This document shows positions 1 through 13,321 of a stretch of 64,000 bases of DNA, in pieces. Within the stretch, counting starts at the first letter, position 1. Each line of letters starts with the position of its first letter. The translations under genes were made by a program, and so were the position numbers. Origin of the DNA: Podarcis melisellensis (lineage: Eukaryota); assembly GCA_964234715.1 (NCBI GenBank), contig OZ174285.1; one strand, 5' to 3'. A model generated the notes under the pieces. It worked only from the letters and a program-made list of their open reading frames with translations. It was not told the DNA's origin and searched no databases.

Positions 1-339
1 TTCATGTGAACTGTAGCAAATTTACACGCAATAAATAAATTAAATCAATAAATAAAGTTCCACAATAAATACCTGTCTGGAACTACTACATTGGGCAAAG
101 AAAGTGGAACCAAGGGTCTTTGGAAGAAAAACTAAACTTGGCAGAAGTCCTCCCAAGTACATTAGAGGAGCAGAGGGAAAGGAAAAGCATGCAAACCCAA
201 AGCTTCATTCATCTCACAGAGTCTTGTCCACTTAGTGCTAAACCATGGTTTAGTGTTGTATGTAAACTGGGCTACTGTTCTTCTGGCTCACTTCCAGCAT
301 CTAGTGAATGTAAATAAACATTTGTTATTGGTTTTTATA

Positions 340-900
340 TTTATATTTTTGCCTTTTCTTATAGTGAATTTGTGCTTTTTGTTTCCCAGTTTGTGCTCTT
401 TTTCAATTTCCTCATGTGAGCACAATTTAAAAATAATTCCTCTTGCCTTTCATAACTTCCTTCATAACTTCCTTAATTTGCATTTTGTCTATGAGCATTC
501 TTTGGCACTTTTGAGTCTTTTCTGATGAGTCCTATAGATTGCTATTGAATCTATATTATAGTTGTTTTATATAAACTACAAGCTTCGTAATGATATTTCA
601 ACCTTCAGTACCTTCATTTTTGAGAAACTTCCGCTCCTGAATATTGATGAAGGAATATATTCTGCTCATATATGTATGATTGTGAAAGCACATTTGCACC
701 TGATCTTGTGTACAGCTTAGGTTTAAATCAAGAATCACTTCTGCTCTTGGTGGTCCTTATTACCAAAATGTCATAAAACATCATTTATTATATCCAGAAA
801 TAACATATGAATTTACAATTTATGCACTCATTTTTTAAACAGTTGAAGCCACTCATTAGTATTGCTTTTTCTACTTCAGCTACCTCCTTGGTTTATTTTT
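340..900 (-). mobile_element. Highly decayed CR1 LINE ORF2 fragment (endonuclease/linker region)
   Basis: Minus-strand peptides GPPRAEVILDLNL (compare CR1 EPTRGxAxLDLxL) near 715-757 and EKEHKLGNKKHKFTIRKGK near 348-405. Confidence 0.55.
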
Positions 901-2124
901 TACACCTCAAAATTAACATCGTGTTTTGGTGAGGGAGATTCTTACTTTAACCATAAGATTCTGCCAATAGAAGTTTGGAAAGAATTCCCACCCCCCTTCA
1001 GATTTCTAACTTAATGGACTCTATACCTTCTTAGGATTTTAGAGGAACACTACCTTCAATAAACTTTCTCTATCCTTGTGTAGGTTTTAGATTTACTTTA
1101 CTGCCAATACCCGATTAACAGTAGTCATGATGGACAGATATGAAACTAGAAAACAATGGAAACGATTTGTTAAATAGAAATACAGCTTGATTTAATTGAA
1201 TTTATAGAAGGCTGTTGAAATCCATAGCTGTGTATCCATTAACATTGAAGTAGGCATTGTCACACTTTTTGAACTGTGACAAGCATCCAAGAACCATGAA
1301 ACTAGTTCTATGAGCCCAGAGAAACATTAGATTTCTGTTCCTTGAACAGCATTTTCTCATGTTTTCTGGAAAACCGCTTTTGAAACTGAGGGAAGAATCA
1401 AAAGCAGCTTGTGATAGGATATGAAGGGGGTGTCAGGTGTCAAAGGAAAAAAACTTTACAATTTTATTCAGCTATCACAAGCCCCTTACAAAACGCTATC
1501 CCAAGTAGCTGTTTAGATCCAAACATCTTTGAATTTGAAAAACAGATAAGTCATGAGCTATTTCATTTTAATAATATCAACCTGTTTGTACTGTAACAAA
1601 ATGGTATTTGGCAGCTATCTATGAATACAAATATGTTTCATATCTATTATTATAGTACCTAATACACAAATATACCACTTTTCAGCATATTAACAACGCT
1701 TTGTGGCAATTTTCCTGAAAATCTAGTTTATACATCTGTGAAGAGATGTACATGAAATAATTATATGACAAAATAAAAATGCCATAGGTAACAAGCAGAT
1801 TTGTTTATGAGTATAATAATCTTATTTACCATAATAACTAAACTCAAATATAAGTTATTTATAGGCCACATTTTCTGTTTTACTGCTCTAAAGAAGCACT
1901 TTTGACTCCTGAAACCAGTAGCATGAAAATTACAGCCCTGTTATACTGCAGGTGTACTATGTACTCTAAAAAGAAATAGACTATGTAAACCTTACAGTAC
2001 AGGTGAAACTCGAAAAATTGTGAATATTGTGAAAAGGTGCAGTAGCTATTCAATCCATAACACCTGCAATGGGTTCCTGAGCCTTTAAATGGTCTCTCAG
2101 TCTGGTTCAGTAGGAAGCACAATC

Positions 2125-3437
2125 ATTGGGAAGGCTGCTGACCTGACAGTTGTGCAGAAAGCCATCATTGAGACCCTCCATAAGGAGGGAAAGCCTCAAA
2201 AGGTAATTGCAGAAGAAGCTGGATGTTCCCAAAGTGCTGTATGGAAGCACATTAATGGAAAGTTATGTGGAAGGGGAAAGTGTGGAAGAAAAAGGTGCAC
2301 AAGCAGCAGGGATGACCGTAGCCTGGAGAGGATTGTCAGGAAAAGACCATTCAAACGTGTTGGGGACTTTCACAAGGAGTGGACTGAGGCTGGAGGTAGT
2401 GCATCAAGAGCCACCACACACAGATGGATCCTGGAGACAGACGGATCCTGGAGATGGGCTTCAAATGTCGTATTCCTCTTGTCAAGCCGCTCCTGAACAA
2501 GAAACAACGTCAGAAGCGTCTTACCTGGGCTGAAGAAAAAAAGAACTGGTTTGTTTCTCTGTGGTCCCAGTCCTCTTTTCTGATGAGAGCAACTTTTGCA
2601 TCTCATTTGGAAACCAAGGACCCAGAGTCTGGAGGAAGAATGGGGAGACACACAATGTCAGATGCTTGAAGTCCAGTGTGAAGTTTCCACAGTTTGTGTT
2701 TATTTGGGGAGCCATGTCATCAGCTGGTGTTGGTCCACTGTGCTTCATTAAGTCCAGGGTCAACGCAGCCATCTACCAGGAGATTTTGGAGCACTTCATG
2801 CTTCCTTCCGCAAACGAGCTTTATGAAGATGCTGACTTCATTTTCCAGCAGGACTTGGCACCTGCCCAGACTGCCAAAAGTACCAAACCTGGTTCAATGC
2901 CCATGGGATTACTGTGCTTGATTGGCCAGCAAACTCGCTTGACCTGTACCCCATAGAGAAGCTATGGGGCATGGCCAAGAGAAAGATGGGAGACATGAGA
3001 CTGAGCAATGCAGAAGAGCTGAAGGCTGCTATTGAAGCATCCTGGTCTTCCATAACACCTCAGNNNNNNNNNNNNNNNNNNNNNNNNNNNNNNNNNNNNN
3101 NNNNNNNNNNNNNNNNNNNNNNNNNNNNNNNNNNNNNNNNNNNNNNNNNNNNNNNNNNNNNNNNNNNNNNNNNNNNNNNNNNNNNNNNNNNNNNNNNNAT
3201 CCCGCTTTATCACTACCCGAAGGAGTCTCAAAGCGGCTAACATTCTCCTTTTCCTTCCATCCCCACAACAAACACTCTGTGAGGTGAGTGGGGCTGAGAG
3301 ACTTCAAAGAAGTGTGACTGGCCCAAGGTCACCTAGCAGCTGCATGTGGAGGACCGGAGACATGAACCTGGTTCCCCAGATTACAAGTCCGCGTTGAGGT
3401 AGTAATTGATGCAGAAGGGGCCCAAACCAAGTATTGA
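2125..3437 (+). pseudogene. Tc1 transposase pseudogene (HTH domains plus DDE catalytic domain)
   Basis: Pieces in shifting frames: (I)GKAADLTVVQKAIIETLHKEGKPQKVIA.., RRILEMGFKCRIPLVKPLL.., VLFSDESNF..WGAMSSAGVG..FQQDLAPAQTAK, LDWPANSLDLYPIEKLW, RVEVVIDAEGAQTKY* ending at 3437. The expected start codon reads ATT. A 17-bp tandem duplication (2421-2454) and a SINE insertion disrupt it. Confidence 0.93.
3199..3390 (-). mobile_element. 5'-truncated tRNA-derived SINE (Squam3/MIR-like) nested in the Tc1 transposase
   Basis: Sequence ..CCCCACAACAAACACTCTGTGAGGTGAGTGGGGCTGAGAG..GGCCCAAGGTCACCTAGCAGCTGCATGTGGAGG..GAACCTGGTTCCCCAGATTAC resembles squamate SINEs read on the reverse strand. It interrupts the transposase between ITPQ and RVEVVI. 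Family name is from memory. Confidence 0.8.
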
Positions 3438-6400
3438 GTACATATGCATGCTTCTACTTCTCAGAGGTCCAATATTGCTCTATTTGCAATCCTTGCTGAT
3501 TTCATTTAATATTTAAATTTTCTGGGATTGTTAATTTGGGGTTTTCATCAGCTGTACGCCATAATCATCACAATTATAACAAATAAAGGCTTGACATATC
3601 TCACTTTGCATGTCATGAGTCTATCTCATATATTAGTTTCACCTTTTAAGTTGAATTACTGAAATAAATGAACTTTTCCATGATATTCTAATTTTCCGAG
3701 TTTTACCTGTAATTGCTGCCACTGAAGAGCATTCTTACAATTTACAAACAGCATAAGCCATAGAATAAAACTTTCATAAATAACATTTTTTTTAAACACC
3801 TATTTGATCCTCTTATGCTATTTCTGATATTTGTGAATACTGTTAATACAGGTTATAATGTAGCAGAGAAATCAAATATATATTCTAGCCAGTGTAAATT
3901 GTACAGTCACTACTGCAAGCTAATTTAATTGTTTCATCTGAAACACACTGAACTTTGAGGTGATTTCAGTATCTTCTATTTAAACATTTCCTTGAACTTT
4001 TTTTTTAGAATTAAAAGACTTCCTTTATATTTAAGATTCGTAAGACTTCAGCCCTCCTGAACCTATATGAGTTTTCTCTTGCTTTTCCAGAGGGATGATT
4101 CTTGAATAGTTTGAATGGTCACACATCTACCCAGGACCAGTGTTGGCACCTGACACCCTTGGACAGCTGCCAGGGCCCAAGCACGCCTTTAAGCCCCACT
4201 ATTAACATCTGCCCTAGATCCCCTTTCCTTTGCAATTGGAATTTCCCACAATGCCCCTGAAGTAGTAGTGTTCTGGGGCATTAAGAGAAATTGTAATGAT
4301 GCTGCTTTGATTGCTCCAGCCATGTAAGCTGCCATGACCCACCAACAGAAAAGGGAGTTCTCCAGATTGCCCAAGGCACCCCAAACCCTGGACTGTCTCT
4401 GGGAATAAAATGTGTGATGCACCAACTTCCAGGTAGTTTCAACCATTGCAATGATACCAGTTTCACTAAAGGTCTAGTCTGTCTGAAATACCGACTGCAA
4501 AGCTACAATTTTACCATCATGGTGATCAAAATTACCCTTCTCAATGCATATTATTTAGAAACATGCATCAGGGTTTACTGGGAGGATGTAGGTTTACAGA
4601 GGTAGTTGGTGCCTATTTTGAAACATGTTGATATATGGCACATGTATGACTTGTGAGTTCAAATAATGATCCACATTAAGAAAAAGTCTAATTTTCAGAG
4701 TATCTTTATTAAATGTAGGCTGAGTAACAACTAAACCAGAACATATGGCATATCCTATTTTTAATGTTCAGTTATCAAACACTCAGTGGACTACCAAAAA
4801 TAGTCACTATCATATCACTAAGAGTTATCAGTGCAAAGCATCTTAGTCATTTTGGCAACAACAGCAAAAAAAAACCTAATGTAGAATGCTTTCCAAAGAT
4901 AAATGGGAACTCTTTGATCCTGCTATTAGGCGTAGGGTTGTTTCAGACATTTGAAAATGTTAATTAGAAAACCAAATGCTCCTAATTTAGCACATTATCG
5001 TTATAATGTTTAAAATTATCTTATAGTATTGCATGTTTACATTATAGATCCATCTTTATTGGCTCTATGCTGTGCTTCTCTTCTTTTTCTTCTGTTGAAA
5101 TGTCAGTTTTTGCATTAACTTATACACTCCTTTACAAACACTAAACTTCAATTTGCTAATGCTGCTGGTTTAGACTACTACTATTGGCTTCAGTTAAATC
5201 TGCCACTTTTGCATCCAGCACTTTCTAGATGGTTTGCATCTTTCTGCAGAAGGTTTATCCTTTAAATTAGCATGGCATTTCACTGCACCACCCCATTTTT
5301 AAAAACAGTATTATACAGGCAACATCCAATTTGTTGTGTATCAATAACCCTCTATAAAGGCATGATCTAGACATCTTATATGGTTGATTTTTTAAAAAAA
5401 ATTAAAAGCTTTTCACAAACTCTGTATTTAAAAATAAGTAGGTGTGCAACCACTGGAAAGTTTCATATAAGGGAATGTGGCCACTGGGCTAAAAAGGATT
5501 CTTCAATTCTGTTATACTGAACATTGAACAAGATAGGTGAACATCAGGAACTTTTTTTTTGAGCAAGGGCCTCAGATCAAAGTTAATACTTGGACTCTGC
5601 CTCCTGTAGAAAACACTGGCCATCCCAGTCTACAGTGAATTATTCTACCATTTATCTGCTGGAAAGGGCCATACTAACAAAGGTGCCATATTTCCTTTAT
5701 AATATCAGTGATTGATACTGACTGAAATTTAAACTATGTTTCGCATTTGGCCCCTCCAGACATTATTATGTTTCCATGGCAGCATGTTCCTCAGACTAAG
5801 TCTGTCTCTAAAACATAACACAAAAACTTATTTATACAAAATGTCTAGGACTTGTTAAACAGAGCAACAACAAAACCCCATGGGCCAACAATTGTTAGGC
5901 ATAGAGGCAGTAGAGGTAGAACTATATGCTAAACAGAACTATTTCTCCCTGATGCTACTTGTTTTTAGAACTACTTTTCCTTGGTGTTTGTTCATTGGTG
6001 TTTTGGCATTGTAACTTACATATTTTATAGATGATGACATAGAATTGCTGTTCACCAATTCTTAGCTGATAACTTTTCCAGTACAACATCTTGATTTTTA
6101 TTGTAAACAAAACCTGGGACTTGTAATTATAGGTATGGTTTCGATATGATAAGTTGTAAAAACGTTTAAACATCTCTGCACAAAAAAGAGACTTACTTTT
6201 GAGAATTAACACACACACATGTTATATGCCCCTTGTTATTCCACTTCACCTGAAAGGAATAGGATTAGTCTTTCTTTAGATTCTAGTAACAATTATCACA
6301 AGCAGATACAAAAAAACAGACAAATGTTGCCCAATTGTCTTGCAGTGTGACATACTCACCAGCAGATTTTAAGATGTTGTTTGGTTTCAAACAGCACAGC

Positions 6401-8227
6401 TCAAGTAGGATAACTCAGTGATTTTCTGTATGATGGAGATCACAGCACATTATTTTGAAATAATTAATGTTATTCTGTAATATCTGTCTTTCTTCCCAAA
6501 TCTCATGCGTGGAATTTTTGCTTCTGCTGAAAGTAGAAAAGAGACCCCCCCCCCACAGGTGGCTGTCATTCTAGGGCCATTTCTTTAATGCTAATGGGAC
6601 TGTTGTGATGCCAGTGTATTATGGACTCCACCCTAAGGACTTTATCAGGAGTCTCTGGATTATTTTGTTTCTATATACTCTCATCTGAAGACTCAAGATG
6701 CCAGAAAATGGGTAACTTCATTAAGTACATCTAGTTTCATTCACCTTGTAGACTTTTCATCAAAGCTCATAACGAAACCCACAGCTGCTAGTATGCAATT
6801 AAAATATTAGTTTATTTTGACTGATAAAGAATGTTTCATTTAGAACACAATTTAAACACATTGTTTGATTCAAGAGTTGCAAACAGATTGTGTACAACAA
6901 TGCCATCAGAACAAAACATCCTTTCACCAAGTACAGCTTCAGTTAAATAATTCTCATTTTAAAACTGTGATTAATGAATGGATTGATTACTAATTAATAC
7001 AATGAATGCTTTCAGCCTCATGTGCTAATTTCCATGTTAGCCCTGTTTGACAAAACTCATATCTGAAAGACTTTTTGAGTTTACTTTGACTACAAGCATT
7101 AGGCCACTGTGAACCATTTTTTTATGTTTTAAGTTAGAAAAAATAAGGGTGGACTGTGATACATGTGAAATAAAATAAAACACTTATAGCTTGAATATAT
7201 ATATATATATAGTTCATTTCCAGTCTGACGTTCAGCTGTGGAATTGCAGTATTGAAAGCATTTTCTCCAATATGCTTTTACAGTACATTTTTTGCACATC
7301 TAATGTAAACTACTGATTCATTTGCAGAGCTGCAGCTTTTATCTAGCTTTTTCTCTTTCTTTGACTCATTGGATTATAATAGGCACAGAGTTGTATTGAT
7401 TACTATAACTTGCATGGGAAAATCTTTCTGCTTCAGATTGGCTATAAATTATAAATAATGTATCTCAAAAGGCTGTGTGTTAAAAGAAGCAATGTTCTTC
7501 TGAGACACTCTCATGTAAAGCTCTTAAGGCAGAGGTTATTAACTTTATGATTGCACTATTGGTGTACTTGACCCGTAGCAATGATCACTATCCATAAAAT
7601 CGTAGACTAGATAACCATTGTCTGCCTTTTCCAGCAATGTTCATTAGCAGAGACCACCAAAGATCACTCTAATAAGCAGAGGGTCAATATTCACTGCATC
7701 AGTATAAATTTGTTTGGTGCAACAATGAAGTTATCCTCCCTTCCACTCCAGCTAAAAAAGCAGTACTGTGTAATTGGGGTGTATAGATTTTGTACATATT
7801 GGCTGCTTCTGGACATAATGCTAAACTATTGTTTAGTGCAGAGATGGGGAACTGTATTTGGCTTGTGGTTTAGAGCCAGATGTGTGGGACTGCCTATCTG
7901 CCAATCATCTGATGTCAGGTGATTCAACATCAAAGGAAGAAGTGGGAGTGCACTTATATCTTCCTTTGCAGCCCCAGCTTGAATTCAATAAAACATAGTT
8001 AATATTAAGCAGAGTTTGAAGTTTGCTAAGCAGCTGCTAATTAAAAATGGAAGTGAAAACTTCAGATCTCCTCGCAGCCACTCCAGAGCGGAGAAGGGAG
8101 CACATGAGTTCAAGGCTCGTGAACATAATGCTAAATTGTATTTTAGTATTTAACATTCCTTTAAATTGAAACACATTTGCCATTTTAATGCTCATTCATC
8201 CAGTTTATGGTTTTACCACTCTGAACA

Positions 8228-8450
8228 ATTTGGTGTCACAACAGACTTGGCCCCCTCACTGCTCACCTGTAACTGCAGTTAATGTATGAACAAATTTAAA
8301 AGCAATGGTCCAGTGCAGGATCTTGGGAACCCCACTGTTACATCCTTTCATTGTGACAACTGTCCATTTCCTACTCTCTTGGGTTCTTCAAATAGTTACT
8401 GATCCATTAGAGGACCTGCCTTCTTATCCCATGACCACTAACTTACTCCC
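8228..8450 (-). mobile_element. CR1 LINE reverse transcriptase fragment
   Basis: GGTCC..GGATCTTGGGAACCCCACTGTTAC corresponds to a degenerate GVPQGSVLGP on the minus strand, and CTTATCCCATGACCACTAACTT to KLxxHGIRG. Confidence 0.7.
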
Positions 8451-11400
8451 CTTTTGGTTTTTGCCAAAATGATCCATGTGCCACAACTTACTTTCTACTC
8501 AAGTTGTTTTGGTCTTAAAACTGAAATATATGCCTTCCTGGTATTTTGCAGTGAAGTATGGAAAATTCCTGTAGCCTCATAGTTTTGACTATTTAATGCA
8601 CGTTACGTGGAAAACCTAGATCAATATTTGCTGTGCAATAAAAACTTAAGGATAATATATTTGCTTGGACTGCTAAGACATAGTCAAAAAGAAAATAATT
8701 TAAGTTTAAATTTCTCTTATGAAATTCAGATAAATGTATTGTTTGTTAGGGTTACTAAATTTTCCACAATAGCACAACATAAAAGGAAATGATCATTCAA
8801 ATAAATGTGGATTATACATTATGTGATTTTGGTGTACCTGTGGGGTCAGGATCAGCCCAAGATATTTTTCTGCCTGAGTTGAAGGAGAAGGTACCACCCT
8901 CACCTACCTCAATTTTGTGTACAGAAACTGACCAGATTAATCTGCTAGTTTTACATCTACACTGGCAATGGGACACAGCATCTGAGGGCAGCAGGCTAGC
9001 TGGGAGGGCAGAGAGCCAGCCAAATAGCACATACAGCTCTGTCTTGCTACTGCCTGGCTCCCAGCATTTGCTTCCTGAGGCAGCTGTTTCACTCTCCCTC
9101 TACCATTCACACAATTTTCTGCTCGGTCTTTTTGGCTGGTGTTTCCTTGCTGGTGTTAGTGGTAGAAACATGCATGGCAATTACGTGGATTATGGGAGTT
9201 GCAAAATGGGGGTACTGCTATTTGTGTGGAAATGAAAGGGGGGAAAGCCAAACAGAGAAGAATCCCCTGTAAAAAGCATGTTACCTGGTATTTTTAAAAG
9301 ATCCAGTGCTTCAAGGGACAAGATGGCCATGGCTACTCTTGTCTCTACTTCCCCCAGGCCTGTCATCCATCCATCCGTAAATGTGGCAAGAAATAGAAGC
9401 TACATCCATCTCATGTTTAGCTTCATTGTAGAATTTTAAGGCACAGGTTGAATCTGATAACCATGTGGGAAAACAATCAAAGTGACATGGGATTAACACA
9501 ATATTTTGCTTTGTAATGGTGTGCATGCCATGAAAAAGAAGAGTAGGCAAAAGAGGAGTAGAAAGATTGGTATAAAGCTGTGTAAAAGCACTACAGAAAT
9601 TGAGGTTTTGATGTTGATCTAGAATTAGCCTAGATGTGAACATACCCATAACATTCTCCCACACACATCTCAATTATGTAGGGCTGCAGACTTGCCCTTT
9701 TTAACTCTGCAGAAAACAATATACTATTCCCTGAGTAGCCTTGTTATTCACAATGACATTAGTTTCAATGAAAATCCTCCTTTTAAATTTCAGTCCTTGC
9801 TTGGAATAAAAGAGGTGCATTTTCTTTTCAAATGTATGTATTTATATGGTTTCTCAGGTCTGTCCTTGATCTGTCAATTACTTATGACCTTAGTATTAAT
9901 CATTGCATTTATCTTTAAATGAATTCCCCTTCGACTCTACAGCACAATGTATGATTCCATGGCATCATCTTTTCTAATGTCCATTTTATACATCATGCTG
10001 TTTGTCCTGTCCCCACTCCCCACCCCTGTCCCAAACCCTGCTGTGTGCATGTCTCAAGGAATTGCTGGGTTAATGCTCAGGTGGTTGTTTTGGCTGTTTC
10101 TCTGGTGCTTTGCATAATTTCATTTGACTAGTGGACTTTGCAAATAAGATATTATCTTGTTTAAATGTACCTAACATGAACTTGGGACACCAGTTGTCGT
10201 TTAATTCAATTCTAAGAATAAATGATCCATGTGGATTTATTAAGCTATAAGATGCTTACAAAAAATAAATACTGTGTTTGAAAACAGAACAGCTTTAAAA
10301 CCAGCTGCTGCAATGAGGCTTGACAGATTCACAATACTTTCAATTCACAATACTCTGTGCTTTTAACATTCACATAGAAAGGAGAAGTGTGTCAGATGCC
10401 TGTTCTCCTATTAGAGTACTGCAGTGGTAAGAAAACAACATCAGTAGGTACAAATATTCTCCCTTGTTAAGCAATGAACAGTAAAATATGTCTACTCAGA
10501 AGTAAGCCTAATAAGATCAGTGGGCCTGAGTGCCAGGTAAATTCTTGATTCACATTGACAGCCTCAACACAAGCAGAGAGCACTGTTACGTTAAAGCTCA
10601 ACAAAGCTCAAAAAAAGCACCAATTGTATGGACTGGTGCCTTGATATGAAGGCTGTCCTTATGCCTCCTTTATTTGCATAATCATGGCAGCCCTTTTGGA
10701 TGCACCACAATCACATATCATAGCAGCTGTGTGGACAGCCTCCATGTGAAGACTCTGGTTCATGCAATGGTATACTCACTGCATGAGTCTGACAGCAGCC
10801 CACATGATGTTTGCTTTCAAGTGTGCTACTGACCAGACCCAAGCCATACGTATCCTATTAGGTGAAAAGGCCCACTGCATGCTCATGGTATCTTTGCATA
10901 TGTGTTCAGCAGTCTGTGTGAAGTCTTTATGAAGGAGTGGATTTGTTTTAGAATAAGTCCATCTTTTTATTTTACACAAAACAAGTTTTACTGGACTGAG
11001 TCATTAGTTCAGACGTGCTCTATGCAGCTGTATGTTATGTCTGCCTTACTACCTGTTATTATCAGACTGAAGATCGTTTTAGAGCTACATGAGGGCAAAT
11101 GCCTGCTTTACACTACAGCAATGAACCTCAGATCCCTGTTATGTGTGACCATATCATGCATGTGTTAGTGAACACACATTTTTGACATATTAAACATTTA
11201 ATGTGTAAGTGGACATTTTAATAGAACTGCTAACCATATGGTAACACTTAACAATATGTAGAGGACCAATCTGTATCCTCTAGCCTTATCATAAGCCTAG
11301 TATTACCAGGATCCCTGAATTTTCAAACAACTGTTGGAATGTAGTGGCACTGAACAACAGGAATAAAGGCAACAGCCAGCTTGCTGTGTGAATCAAAATG

Positions 11401-11569
11401 CTTCAGTGGACATTTAAAATTGCTATTCTATGAAACCTACAACATATCCCCTAACATGCAAGGTATGCATAGGCTATTTGCAGTATACTTCTAAATTATG
11501 TCTAATGTGACCCTAAGACTACGGAGAAAGAGAAAAATACAAAAGGGTTTACTAAAAGCAAAAATTCTA

Positions 11570-12350
11570 ATTGGAAAGAAATCAGCAGCAGAATATCCCT
11601 GTGACCATTCTTAGGCTGAAGTTTATTCAGTATTTTTATTAGTAATAGAAAGAGAAGTAGGGGTGTTTTGATTAAATTTGCAGCTGATACTGAGCGAGGA
11701 GACAGTGTCAATACAAGGAAGGATCAGGAAATTATGCAGACTGAAATAGATGATCTCATGAACTGGTGTAATAATAAAAATACAAGAAAATTCAATATGT
11801 GTAAGGTCATGCATTTGGGACTGTGGGCTCATCAAGTAGGAACAACTGGGGAAGAAAGAGATTTCAAGATACTGGGTGGTCACAGGGTGAAAGTGAACTA
11901 CCAATGTGATGCTGATGCAAAGAGGAAAAAGTAAATTCTACAAGCTTATAAGGCAAAGTCTGTTCTTGGATTTATTAGGGTAGGAAACTTTTGTAGGAAC
12001 AAAAGAATTATTGGTACCCTCGTACTAGGTGTTGATAAGATCACATCTGGAAAAATGCTTCATGTTGGTTAGCCATTTAAATAAAAAATGTTCAAAATGG
12101 AATCCATGCAAAAAGCAATCAGGTTGGTTAAGAAAAATGTATTTTCTGAGTAGATGTTTCAAAGGTTTTGCCCCTTTAGCTTATAAAAAGGAGACTGGGA
12201 AGTGATATGAGAGCACTATACAAATTTTGCTAGAGGAAGTAGTACAGAAAGGGAGATGAATTTAGGCTTTAAAAACCAGGCATATAACATCACTGGCTAC
12301 ATATTTGAAAAAAGCTTTTGTAAAAATTACAGGTCTCAACCCATGAAATA
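11570..12350 (+). mobile_element. Old CR1 LINE, 3' half of the reverse transcriptase
   Basis: ORF 11668-11934 reads IKFAADT..DQEIMQTEIDDLMNW..KFNMCKVMHLG..ERDFKILG..QCDADAKR, matching CR1 KFADDT..KFNxxKCKVMHLG..ERDLGV..QCxxAAKKA. Confidence 0.8.
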
Positions 12351-12696
12351 GTGTAGAACATACAGTAAGTTCACTTGGATTCATGATAGGGCCACCACAC
12401 TTCATATGGCAGCCATGCCTTTAGTGTAACCACTGAATTTCCTCGTGTTTAAAGAGGGCTTGAATTTTTATTTTAAGGTTTCAGAAAATAACAAAGATAG
12501 GAAGCCCAAGATCCAGCATACCTGTCTGCAGATTATCTATACCACATATCATATTCATTGTCTAGCAGGTAATATTCTGAGAATCTCCTATTCCCTTTCT
12601 TGTAAAGCTATGGTGAAGATTCACGTCACCAGTAAATGCACAAGTTGATTTCTGTGCCAGCACCTGAAATTAGACATTTTCTGCAAGAAGCCAACA

Positions 12697-12778
12697 ATGT
12701 TGTTGGACTACAACTCCCATCATCCATTAACACTGGTCATGCTGGCAGGGGCTTACAGCAATTGTAATCCAACAACAT
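12697..12778. mobile_element. Short palindromic MITE-like squamate repeat
   Basis: Inverted arms ATGTTGTTGGACTACAA (12697-12713) and TTGTAATCCAACAACAT (12762-12778), 16/17 complementary. The GGACTACAACTCCCATCATCC core is typical of abundant lizard MITEs. Confidence 0.7.
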
Positions 12779-13282
12779 CTACAGAGATGTCCCTGTCAGT
12801 TGTTGTTGTTGTTCCTAGTCCAATGCATCCAACTAAACTGAATTTAGTTGGATTGGCATAACCTGAAATAATTGAAAATTTCAAGCATCATCAGGTCCTT
12901 GGAGAAATATTTTGACATTACCACTGTAGCGTATCAAGCTAGGTATGTTATCTGCAGATGAAGATTTGTATTGAAATCTTCTTTTCTGCACAGCAGGACA
13001 AGCTTTTGTTTTACATAACTTCTATACTCCACAACAGGGACTCATTGTCCTACAGAAACTTGTAAACTCTGCGGAAGGAGCACTTTGTCCTGCACAGTAG
13101 GCAAACACCTACTCAGGCAATCTCCAGGTGTAAATTATAGCATCTCTAATCTCAGTGCCCTATCCCAAAAGAGACTGTAATACTCAGAAGAGGAGTTTGG
13201 GGAGTTTCTGGGAGCAGCAGCAGCGACAAAATAATTTAAATTGAATTTCTGCCTCTGTCATGAAAAAGGCCAGAAATGTTTA

Positions 13283-13283
13283 A

Positions 13284-13320
<37 letters not shown>
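13283..13320. repeat. (AGT)n microsatellite
   Basis: Read directly from the sequence. Confidence 0.95.

Positions 13321-13321
<1 letters not shown>

Larger units (their letters stand above)
2000..3709 (+). mobile_element. Decayed Tc1/mariner (Tc1 family) DNA transposon
   Basis: TA at 1998-1999 and 3710-3711. Left end CAGGTGAAACTCGAAAAATTGTGAATATT versus reverse complement of right end CAGGTAAAACTCGGAAAATTAGAATATC. Contains an internal transposase remnant. Confidence 0.95.

Noticed and set aside
522-590. CTGATGAGTCC resembling a hammerhead ribozyme core
   Set aside because: No GGAC-GAAA partner strand or stem III, and it lies within a decayed CR1 fragment.
8789-9235. 148-aa + strand ORF in the FAM172A intron
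   Set aside because: No recognisable domain or splice context; probably chance or repeat-derived.
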